Shown piece after piece: positions 1 through 11,000 of a stretch of DNA of 64,000 nt. A program made the translations under genes and the position numbers. The notes below the pieces were generated by a model, which did not search any database, was not told where the DNA came from, and saw nothing but the letters and a program-made list of their open reading frames with translations. The stretch is from the NCBI GenBank assembly GCA_963757995.1, contig CAVWTS010000011.1, forward strand, positions 1,243-65,242. The letters run 5' to 3'. Within the stretch, counting starts at the first letter, position 1. Every line of letters starts with the position of its first letter. The DNA comes from an uncultured Solirubrobacterales bacterium (GTDB lineage Bacteria > Actinomycetota > Thermoleophilia > Solirubrobacterales > Solirubrobacteraceae).

Positions 1-919
1 GCGGATAACCGCGCTGGTCCGTCGCGGGACACTTTGCCGTGTCACCGGCATCGATCGTCGGGCTGCCGGCCTTCTCGGAATAGAGCGTCGTGGAACCACC
101 ATCATTGAGCAGAGACGTCTGCAGGAGCGGCGTCTTCTTCTGGAGTTTTGCTTCACCGCCACAGCTAGCGTCGGAGGTAAGGCTGTGATCGTTTGTGATC
201 GTGTTGCTCCCGCACTGCGGTGCGCCGTTGAGGCCGACGACCGTGTTCGTCAGACTTTACCGTGCCCGAGCCGGTGCCCCCAACGCCGCCAGAGGCGTTG
301 TGCACGATGGGACCATTCAGGAAGCTTGCCGTGCCTTCGTCGACAAGACCGAATTCGTGGCCGTCCGAGAGCGTCGAGTTGGTCAGATTGGCCGTCGCGC
401 CACTCTCAACAAAGATCTGGGTACCGAGGTTGCCGGAGATCGTCGCGTTTTCGACGTTCGGGTACCCCGATCTTCGATGCCAGGGTTTCCTCCCGCTTCA
501 CCGCCACTGGTGACAACGACGTGCTTGAGCAAGACCGTCACGCCTTCATTGACTAGAAATAGTTCGCGTTCAGATACCCCTCCAACCGGTGTCACGCTGC
601 CTCCATTGCCAACCTGCACGCCGGGCGTAGCCACGCCGACCGTGCCTACCGGCCCCGCCACTGTCTGCACACCGGCCGTGTTGGTGAAGACCAACGATTT
701 CGCTGGGCAGATACGCGCCAGCCGCAAGTTCAATCGTGTTCGCAACGCCGTTTGCGTTGGCTTTGGTGACTGCTTCTTCGAGTTGTTTGGAGGTGCTCAC
801 CTTCAAGGTTTCGGCGCTCGCGGCGCTGGCACTCAGCATACCAAGACGCCACTGCGGCCGTCAGCTTCAGCACGCTGCGGCAACCGCAAAACAGATTTGA
901 TCTTCATCCCCATCTTCAT
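1..919 (-). CDS. Secreted beta-helix-like protein with choice-of-anchor-Q-like region; runs off the window edge; several apparent frameshifts
   Basis: Signal-peptide-like start after AGGAG. Fragments ..ASAETLKVSTSKQLEEAVTKANANGVANTIELAAGAY.. (570..839) and ..LFLVNEGVTVLLKHVVVTSG.. (383..745). Bases 1-140 reverse-translate to PLLQTSLLNDGGSTTLYSEKAGSPTIDAGDTAKCPATDQRGYP, a typical choice-of-anchor Q motif. Confidence 0.65.
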
Positions 920-1010
920 CTTCACAGGCTCCTTTTCTACCAGAACGCTCGCCAAAGGAAGTCGCCTGGGATGAATATTCACACTTTAGATACACAACCT
1001 CTTCCACATA

Positions 1011-1045
1011 AACGGGGGAACCGACCCAGTGCCGGCTCCCCCGTT
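1011..1045 (-). terminator. Stem-loop downstream of the PstS-like gene
   Basis: AACGGGGGAACCG..CGGCTCCCCCGTT inverted repeat, ending TTTAT on the minus strand, about 50 nt after the stop at 1098. Confidence 0.6.
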
Positions 1046-1097
1046 CTGCAGATCCATTGCCATGGACTGATTGCTTATGCTCCTTGCAACCTAGTGT

Positions 1098-2573
1098 CTA
1101 GAAGTTTTCCTGGAATCCCTGCTCGAGCTTTGGCAGCCAGCTCGACGGCAGCGGTGCGTAGTCGATTTTGCCGGGTACTTCCTGCCCGGCCGAGGAGAGG
1201 ATGAACGTGAAGAACGAGTACATCGTCCGCCGCTGGTCGGCTGTGAGCCGGCTGATGGCGCTCTTTCCTTCTCCGTTGTTGCTGTTCATGCCCGTGTACA
1301 CCAGGTCGAACGTGAGTCCGCAGATCGGGTACTTGCTGCCCAGGTCCGTGGCGTTCTCGTGGTTGGCGGGCGCGCTTGCGTACCCTTCGTTGTTGTTGCT
1401 CCAGTTATCTTCGGCGTTCAGCCCGACAGCGTCGCTGTTGCTGCTGCCCGGAGGGGCCGGCAGCGCGCTGTAAAGGCAGTTGGCGACTGCCCGCCGCCGA
1501 TGCTTGGCGCTTCGAATTTGGTCCCCGTGGCGTTCTGGACGCTCGCGAGCACAATTCCCGGCTGGCCTATGGCTTCGGCGAGGTCGATATAGCCGACACC
1601 GCCCGCCGTTCCTTGAGCTTTGCGATCAGTTCGGGGCCACCGTTTGCGGCTCCCGTGGTAATCGCGCTGCAGGTGCCTTCTTCGCCGACTTTCTGCTTGC
1701 CGGGCCATTCGGTGTTGGTCGTGAAATACGCTTCCCAGTTCTGAGTCACGCCCGATATCACGCCGCAGGTCGCACTGGTCCGTTCGTTGTCCACGCGAAT
1801 CAGATACTGCTTCAGAATGTTCGTAGTCCCAGATGAGTCCTACGCACGACTCGCGTGACCGGTCCCGTGCATTCTTTCAACGTCGGATTGGTCGCTACAA
1901 GTTCGGCGTCATTCCAGTGCGTAACATCTCCACCATAGAGACGCGAAACCTCCTTCGGGGTGAACTTCAGGCTCGTTGGCAACGCACCGTCGGGCAGCTA
2001 CCTCCAGCCCCACTCGTTAGGTGCATCGCGACCGTCACTGAGGAACCACCGACCGGGAACGACATGACGTCGTCCTGGATGTCGTTGGCGGCGGGAAGGG
2101 CGCTGACTTGGGTTCGAAGGGCGGTTCGAAAGTGATCGAGCAGCCACCCATCGCGCCCGGTGCCCCGTCGAGCTGTTCAAGCTGCAGCCGGCTGTACGGG
2201 GTGTCTGTGCCCGCGAACGCATCCGTGCGGCAGCTCGCGGCCTTCAGCCCATTGCCCGATCCGGTGGCGCTGGCTGTAACGGCCTTCGGGTAGTTGTAGG
2301 CAATCATATTGTTGCCGGCTGGGTCTCCCGCGAACTGTCTGCAACGCTGCCGCAGAAGTCTTCGCCGTAGACTTTGGCGTATTCTTTCAGCAGGATATTC
2401 TGATAGGTCGAGCCGCGTCCACTGATCTTGCCTTCGGAGGACTGGCAACCGAGGCCTGCCGGGACGGCTGCGGAGCTTGTATCCGCAAGCACCATGCAGC
2501 AGATCGCGCTGAGCCCGATCAGCAGTGCGGCAAACGGGGCCAAGATGAATCGTTTCCGAACTGCGATGTCCAT
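1098..2573 (-). CDS. Extended, Cys-containing PstS-like phosphate-binding protein (split over several frames)
   Basis: Signal peptide, ISGRGSTYQ, GSGNG, FAGTDTPY, DSSGTT (~1825-1845), GGVGYIDL, YPICGLTF..YAPLP across ORFs 2304..2642, 2035..2448, 1567..1794, 1418..1708 and 1098..1301. Confidence 0.75.
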
Positions 2574-2890
2574 ATATTTCTTCCCCTTGCTGGAAGTCGA
2601 GGTAACGATGATCACTGACCTAGTTGCTCCGAACTGGTACACGGTCGTCCGCCTCTCAGTGACATAACACCAGTGACGAGCAAGAGACGCCCGCCCTGGT
2701 TGCGAAGCTTTCCAGGCTTGAGGCCAATTATTCAGTTGGAGCGAGGCCGGTGTTGCCCCCCGGTGAAGATCCTTGTGTCTTATCGGTGAACGTCGTTACG
2801 TCACGGTGAAACGCGTGTCACTACAACGTAAACATGAACCAAGAGACTGCAACAGGTGACTATCGGGCGCAGGTAAGATATTCGACTCGC

Positions 2891-2912
2891 CGATCGTGAA
2901 CTTCCTGTGAAC
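2891..2912 (-). promoter_or_regulatory. PHO-box-like direct repeat GTTCACAGGAA-GTTCACGATCG
   Basis: GTGAAC at 2896 and 2907 (11-bp period) in the divergent intergenic region; further GTGAA half-sites at 2763, 2786 and 2806. Confidence 0.65.
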
Positions 2913-2954
2913 GTTGGATGTCCGGGATCGGCGGTCCGGTTAGCATCGTCCGCC

Positions 2955-4945
2955 ATGCTCCGCCACTTCAGGCGGCTCGCCCTGCCGTCAAGCATCCTTA
3001 TCCTCGCCCTGGCCGGTGCCCCCAAGGCCGCCGCCGCCGAATCTGGCTCGACGGTTGCCTGCACGCGGAGCGCGACCACGACGACGACCACCCCTGCGGG
3101 AGTCGAAGGCACCCCGACGTCACCTCCCCCAAGCCCGTCACACGGCAGCCCGTGCTGGGCGGACGTCAACCCGTATCCCTTCGGCAGCGAAGGCACCCCC
3201 GTCGAGACCCGCCAGCCCAGCCGTGCTCACTCGTCTTTAGCGGAGTAGCCCCACTTGGTAGCCAGTGTGCGCTCACGGTGACGTCGATCGCGTTCAGGGC
3301 CTGGAATCGCGGGCTTGCGGCTACCACCACCAGCGAAGGACCGGCGGACAATCCCTACGGAGTCTGGCTATTCAACGGCGTCACGTGGCTCCCGAGCCCG
3401 GGCTTCCCCGGCTACAACGTCTGCCCGGGCCACACCGTCGTGTGGGCGGGCAAGCTCGACTACTGGCTGATCGGCGGACCCAGCGACCTTGGTTGGAGTC
3501 GCTTGTGCCGTTTCGACGGCGCCACTCTCGAATGGGAGGCGCTGGAACTTCCCGCGGCGACGAAGCAGCACGTGACCGTGGTCGCGGGCAAAGAAGAAAG
3601 GCGCAGGCCCGGAGGGATCACCTCAGCCGCCTGTCTGGCCTGGAACGACTGCTGGTTTTTCGGCACCTACGGCACGGTCGTGCACTGGGACGGGACGCAG
3701 CTCAGCGATGCCTCGCCTGAACCATCACTGAAGTGGCTCCAGGGTGAATACACTGCCGCGGTCGCCCGCCAGGATCCGCAGAGCGACCCGTTTGGCGTGA
3801 CCGTGGGCGCCACAACTGAATTCCATGGCGCCACATCGATGAGCGAAGTCCTCTCAGAACACGAAGGGGCGCCCCCGCCCGAGATGCAGGCCTCGAGCGG
3901 TGGGCTCTTCGCGCCGGTCCTGTTCACGCCGCCCACGAGCCCGCAGGAACATGATCCCTACAGGACAGACCTCGTTGCGGTCGACTTCGACGCTACGGGT
4001 CAGGGTTGGGTGGCCGGCAACCCAACCGGGTTGCGTGTTGCTTCCAGGTATGAATTCCGGCCGGCCTCGCCGCTACTCCCGCCGCCGCCCTCACCGCTCG
4101 TGCCGGTGTCGACATCCGGGGCGAGCACAACCTGCACGGGCCCACCGGAACGCCGTTTCACCTTCACGCCCCTCACCTTCAACGCTGCCCAACCGACCGA
4201 CTCCTTCCTGTGGTCTTCGATCGCGGTCATCCCAGGCTCGGGCGCAGCGCTGGCCGGCGGCAGCTTGCTCCCCCACAAGGAAGGTGCGGTACAGGACCCA
4301 AATGCGAGACCGGTAGAAGGTGAACCCGTCATCGCCCAGGCGGCCTGCGACGGGACCACCACCATCACGCGTTTTCACGTCGAAGACCCAACCTACAAAG
4401 GCTCCCTGCCCAAGTCGCCGCTCGTGCCCGCCGACCGCGAAGGCTACGTGAGCGCCGTTGCCGCCAACGCCCCCAACGACGCGTGGGTCGCAACCACCAC
4501 GGGCAGCGTTTTCAACGAAACCGGTAACTCTGTGCTACAGCCGCCCCACCTCTACAGGCTGACTGATGGATCCAAGCCAGATGCCCCGGAAGGCGACGAC
4601 TTCGAAGAACGGCCGCTGGAACTCAACCTCGATCCGCCGATCATCGTGCTCGAACCCCCACCACCGCCGCCACCACCAGTTGCCCCGGCGACTGTCACCA
4701 AGACGCATAGGATCAAGCTACCGCCGGCTATATACGGTGTCAAAGCAAAGCTGCACGGCAGACATGACCTAAGTCTCTACCTGAGTTTTCGGATACGCCG
4801 TCCGGTCACGATCGGCGCACAGGCACTCCGGCACGGGCGCGTCGTCAGCGAGGCCCGGCCGCGGCGATTCGCGGGCCACCTAGGACTGCTGATCCTCAAG
4901 CTCGATCGCAAGCGCTGGCCGACAAAAGTGCGTTTCGTCGCGTAA
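2955..4945 (+). CDS. Secreted beta-propeller-like protein with Pro linker and basic C-terminal Ig-like domain (frameshift near 3230)
   Basis: Signal peptide MLRHFRRLALPSSILILALAGAPKAAAA in ORF 2907..3248 continues into frame 2918..4945 (AACLAWNDCWFFG, HWDGT, NDAWVAT); paralogous to 20586..22304. Confidence 0.75.
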
Positions 4946-5084
4946 GTAACGGCTTCTTCACTACACACCTGCGCGAGGACTTCAAGATGCCCGCTTCTGC
5001 GTGGCGTGATCCGCGAACGGTTCGCTTTACATCAACGGGCATGACCCAGACACTTGTGAGATCTCAGATGACGACGGTGCTCGC

Positions 5085-8000
5085 GTGAGGAGGTTCTTCC
5101 TTCTTGCGCTCGTCTTCGCAGGCACCATCGCCACTTCCCCGCCCGACAGCGGCGCATCGACGATCACCGAAACGCAGCCGGGGCTTGCTGCCTCCGTCTC
5201 AAGACAAGAAGAAGGCTTGACGTCCAGCAGCAGCTCAGCTTCCTCGGCCATGCCCTCTCTGCCTCCATCGACTCCAGCCTCCACCTCAGCTTCACCTCCC
5301 TCTCCAGCCTCCACCTCAACTTCACCCCCATCTCAGTCCTCGACGACACCCGAGGCATCAGAAACCACACCGACGGCCGCCACGCCCCCGACAGCTCCGC
5401 CCCCCGTCGTGGTCTCACACAGCCAGCAGCCGACCGAGGCCGCCCCAAGGCGCCATTCGTCGCGGACCCGTGCCAAGGGGCAACCAGCTGTAGTCGGAGA
5501 AACCGGCGGCGCGATATCAGGGAGGCCCTCGCTGTCCCGCCCCGCTGGAGCGCCAACTCTTGCACCCAACCCAGGCGCGCTCGAACCGCTCATACCCTCG
5601 CCCGCTCTGATGCTCCCGGGCACAAGCCCGTTGCTGAGCTTCTTCATCCACACCTACCGCACACCGCCGTTCCTGCTGCCCATCTACCTCGCGGCCGCCG
5701 AGCGCTACGCGGTTCCCTGGCAGGTACTGGCCGCGATCAACGAAGTCGAGAGCAACTACGGCTACGACCTCGGCATCTCGAGCGCCGGCGCGGAGGGGTG
5801 GATGCAATTCTTGCCGGAAGAGTGGTCCACCTACGGCGTGGACGCCAACGGCGCGGGCGTGCGCGATCCCTACAACCCAGCCGACGCGATCTTCGCGGCT
5901 GCGCGCTACCTTCAAGCAGCCGGCGCCGCTCACGATTTGCGTGCCGCTATCTACGCTTACAACCACTCCTCGGGCTACGTCGAATCGGTGCTGCTGCGCA
6001 CCCGGCTGCTTGAGAAGATTCCGCGGTCGATGATTGGCGGCCTGGCCGCGATCGTCGATGGACGCACTCCCGTTGAGAGCACAGGTGAGCTCACCGTCGC
6101 GCCCGCGTGGGCCAAGGTGGCCGCTGTCCCTGGCGCCCGCTCCTTGAGGCCCACCGTCGTGGGGGCGAACATCGCTACCGCTCCAGGCGCACCTGTTCTC
6201 GCCGTTCAGAGCAGCGAGGTCATCCGCATCGGGCACAGCGCGAAGCTGGGTCGCTTCATAGAGCTTCGCGACGGCTACGGCGACGTCTACACCTACGCCA
6301 GACTTGGCCGGGTCCTCAAGCGCTATAGGCTCCCGCCGCAACCACGGCATACCGGCTCGGTGACGGCGCCGAGCCGGCGTGCGACCCGGTCCGCCGGCAT
6401 GCGATTGGCGCCGCTGCTTAGGGGCACATGGGTCGCACCCGGGACTGTGCTCGGCAACGTGGCTGGTCGCTCGCATGACAGGCGAGCACGCTTCTTCTTC
6501 AAAGTTCAACCGGCGGGCGCCGGGGCGATCGATCCGCGCCCGCTGCTTGAGGCATGGCGTCTGCTGGGCCAAGCGCAGGGCCACCCCCAACGGGGCACTC
6601 AGCCGCTCTTCGGTCCGAACGCCCACGACGAGCTCATCGAGGAGATCCGCTTGATGAGCAAGCCCCAGCTGGAGGCCCGCCTGCTGTTCGATCCGGCACT
6701 ACGCAGGGTGATCTCCACGTTGGAGGGTGTTCCGGTCCGCGGCAACCATTCTCCGGGCTTGCTCGCCAGGCTGGCGACCGCCGAGCTTTCCTCGAGCGCG
6801 GCCCGGCCCGGCCCGGTATTGGGCCGAGCGCAGTGGCCAAGGCTGATCGCTCGCATATCGCGACTGCCACAACCGCACGTGCCGCGGCGACCGACCAGCG
6901 CCGCGCTGGCCGACACCCCAAGCTCGCCCGCGCCGGCTGCCTCACTGCCCGCCTGGCTGACGCCGCCCGCGCCCAGCGGCCCTACGCCCGCAGAGCAGGC
7001 GGGTGCGCCTGTGGGCCAGGGCATGCAGCCCAGATCCAGTGGTGGCCAGCCGAATCTCGCTTCCCCCTTTACCGGCCCGATCGTGCCGACGGCGGCGCTG
7101 CTTGCCCCGGCATCCCTGCAATCCGAACCGACCGTCACCCTGGAAACCGGACCGGCGGGGCCCGACTTTATTAATGAATCCCTCGTCACTCTCAGGCTCA
7201 ACACAACGCTGGCCTCCGGATCGATCGAATCGATCGTGTTCGAGATTCGACCGGATGAGAGCACAACCTGGCAGGAAGTCGAAAGCACGAAGAGCCCAGC
7301 CCAGCCGTACGCGTTCTTGCATCCGGAAGAAGAAATAGCGCAGGACGGTCCGTATGAACTGCGTGTCGTCGTCACTGAAAAGACAACGCACACCCAATAT
7401 GAATCGCCGACGATCGAACGGCTGATCGTCGTAGGGGAATCGCCGGTCGTGAAGCTCGCCGTCCCCGAATCGCCGCTCCGCGGCGTTATCAAGCTCCAGG
7501 CCGAAGTCCCTCACGGCGCCGAAATCCAGCCGATCCGCTTCGAATGGGCTCCTTCGGGCACCGGCGCATGGAGACCGGTACCCACCCTGTCCAGCGGAAG
7601 CGAACCCACGAGTTGTGCCACCACGGCGACGACGGCCTGCCTCGATACCGCGACGAGCGAAGCGCCGAACGGTCGCGACGACTTTCGCGTCGTGCCGGCC
7701 GGCGGGGAAGACCTCAGCTTTGTCTCGCTCCCGGTGCGCGGTCGGCTGGTGGACAACACCCCGCCCGAAGCCGGAAAGGTCGAACTGGAACCACCCGGCT
7801 CGCCTTTGAGCGGCGATGTCACCCTCAAGGTGACGGCCAACGATCCCAACCTCCCCAATGGAGAACAGGCTTCAGGCGTGGCATCTGTGATCTTCGAACG
7901 GGCCCGGGCCGGCAGTGCGGCCTGGACGCGGCTTCCTGGAGGCGAAGTGACGGTGGCCTCCTCCTCAAGCTCCAGTTATATCCACCGGCTACACACCGAA

Positions 8001-11000
8001 ATCCTTGAAAATGGCCACTACATGCTCCGCGCGCGCGCCCTTGACGCCGCCGGCAACCAGGCGACCTCGCGGGAAACGGAAGTCGAAGTAGCCAACGCGG
8101 TGTCAGCGGCCGCGGTCTCGGCGTCGATCACCGGCGTGGTGGCGCCCGCCGAAGACATCACGATTCTCGGTGCCGTCTCCGCTGATGCCAGCCCGCGGCA
8201 CGAAGCGGAAACCTGGGCCTACGGCTTTACGCGCGCGCCACCCGCGGCGGCAGGTGCGGGCCGGCTCGAATACACCGCCGAAGGCCACCAGCTCGTGCTG
8301 TTGCGCTATGCGCAACAGCACGGCTGGCAGATAGCTGATGTTCCGCGCGAAGCCGGCGGCGCGAAGGCGTTCCAGTTGGTGCCCGCCAACGAGCTCGACA
8401 TCAACGCCGGCGGCGGGATCAAAGTAACAGGCGCTATGGCGCCCTCAGGCGAGGCGTGGCTGGGTCTGGTCGAGACCCCGCGCGAAGGGCCTAAGACGAT
8501 CGGCTTTTTCCACAGAAGTCCCGGCGGTCAGTTCGAATACGACAAGAGCGCCACTGAAACCACGCTGCCCCTGCTGGAATCGGATAAAGCGCAGCTGCGC
8601 CTCGGCCAGGATCCCGAAGGGCATGTATACGGCATGCTGAGCGCGAGCACCTCGGAATACGCGCTTCTGAAGGAAGGCTCGTGGACGCGCGAAGCACCTC
8701 TGCAGCGGCCCTCCAACATCCCTAGTGGCGAACCGATGACCCTTCGAGTCGGCGACGTCCAGGGTCCGGACGAAGCCTGGGGCGCGTTCTCGCTCCCCAA
8801 TCCTCAGGGACATGGGCTCATCCTGGGCCATCTCTACAACCACGAATGGCACTTTCCCCCCAGCGGGCTCGGCCTCGATGCGCTCGACCTCAGCGGCGCC
8901 CTGGCAGGTCACAGCAACTACGTCGAACCGACAGCGCTGAAGGTCGAGCCTGGCGGCGGCGTCTGGATCGAAGCGAAGCTCTATCTGAACAACCATGAAA
9001 GCGGCCACGTGGTGGCGCGCTACGACGGCAATACCGGCAAGGTCACGAACTCGTGGTGCACACTGCCGTTGGCCGACTCCTGCGAAGAACCGCTCGGCTC
9101 GGCGGCGGTGCCCGACGCGTTCTTCGCGACCGAAGGCGGACCAGTCGCGCTCTCGCTGCATGAAGGAGTCGTCGACGTCTACGCCCGCGGTCGCTGGACG
9201 AGCGTCCTGGCACCCGGCCACGGACCGGAAAATGGGGATGCGTTCACACGGCCAAACGCCGGCTGGCTCGGCGGCACGAAGGCGCTCGGGCAGTGGTCCT
9301 CAGAACAGAATTCGAGTCTGCTCACACCGTGGCCACTGCCCGACCGCTCGCCATTGACAAGCATCGCGCTGGCACCGGGCAGCAGCGCGGGGGCCGACGA
9401 ATCGGGTGCGCTGGCGGTCGGCCTGGACGGCGCCACGTTGCGCTACGACGCTTCAACCGGCTGGCAGGTCGAGCCAGCCGCCCCACGCGCCCATCACCTC
9501 AACCTGCTCGGCGTCGCCTTCAATGGGCCCTCGAGCGCCTTCGCCGTCGGGCAGTTCGGTGTCATCCTGCGCTGGGACGGCACGTCCTGGTCTGAAGATC
9601 CGCAGTCGCTCTCACTCACACCGTCGCAGCTCAACGCCGTGGCCTTCGCCACCGACGGCGAAGGCTGGGCCGTGGGAGCCAACGGGACGATCCTTCACTA
9701 CGACGGACAGCGCTGGAGCATCGAAGATCCTCCGCCCGCCGAGTCTGGGGAGAACATCAGCTCGGTCGCGGTAGCCGGCTCGGAAGCCTTCGCGATCGCG
9801 GGCGGCAACCTGATCGTGCGCCGGCCCGGGGGCGGTTGGGAAGCACTCGAAGAATCGCTGGTACCGAACAACCCGAGGCCCGCACCGGGCCAGTTGCGCC
9901 TGGTCGCCGGCCTGCCCGACGGAGGGGTGATCGCGGCCGGACGCTCGATCATGCTCGTTCGCGAATCGGCCGGCCGCGGCTTCGAATACGCCGAACAGCC
10001 GCTGTCAGGCGTCGCCGTCGCGCTCGCACCATTCCGCGAAGCCTCCGGCAAGCTGCGAGCCTACGTTTCGGTCGCGCCGCCGGTCAACCTGTTGAGCGGT
10101 GAAGTCGGCGGCTTTCCTCCCGGCGACGGCGAGCTGCTGCGCCAGAGCGAAAGCGGCTGGCAGGATCTGAGCCGCTCGCAGTACGCGGGGAACGTAATCG
10201 GTGGCGATGGGGCGGTCAAGAGCGATCCGGTGTTGGCGGTCGCCACCGACCCGGCCGGCGAGCACGCTTGGGCCGTCGGCGGCTACGACGGCACTGAAGA
10301 CTCCGCTCACCAAGGGACCACCGAAGTCCTCTCCGCCCGCCCAGCCGGCTGGAGGACCGCGTCGATCTGGCGCTATGACACGACAGGCAACGCACAGCCC
10401 TCCGGCCTGACCTCCACGGCCCCCAGCCTCCCGGCCAGGCCGGGGGTCGTCTCCTTCGCCTTCTTCACAAGCCCCGAGTGCAAGGTGCAGTGCTCGGCGG
10501 TGCCCAATGCCCAGCCCGACGTGAATCTGAGCGCGGCGGCCAAGCAGATCGCGACCTACGCCGCGCAGCCGGGGGGTCCGGCGTTCGCCATGCTCGGCGG
10601 CAACACCGTCGGACCGCTGGAACACGAAAAAGGCGCCGAACCGGCGGCTGACTTCGCCCGCCTGCCCGAACTGCTTGCGCCGCTCGGTGGCCTGCCGACG
10701 TTCGCGGCTATCGGCCGCTCCGACCAGCCCTATGAAACCCCCTTCTCGGAAGCATTCGCGGAAGCCCCGGAGCCGTTCGGCACAGGGTCGCCGGCCAGCA
10801 GAATCGCGCCGGTCTCCTCGGGATCGCCGACGCCGAACGGAGACATCCATCGCTACTACAGCTTCGACGCCAACCAGAATGGCGCGACATTGCGCGTGAT
10901 CGTGCTCGACGACGCCGAGGGCCAGCTCGAAGCGGGTGCGCCGACAGCGGGGCAACGGGGCTGGCTTGAAGAACAACTCGCCGCCGCCCGTGGGCGGGGG

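Noticed and set aside
5274-5333. 30-bp duplication in the giant gene
   Set aside because: Ordinary Ser/Pro linker expansion (PASTSASPPS-like unit twice)
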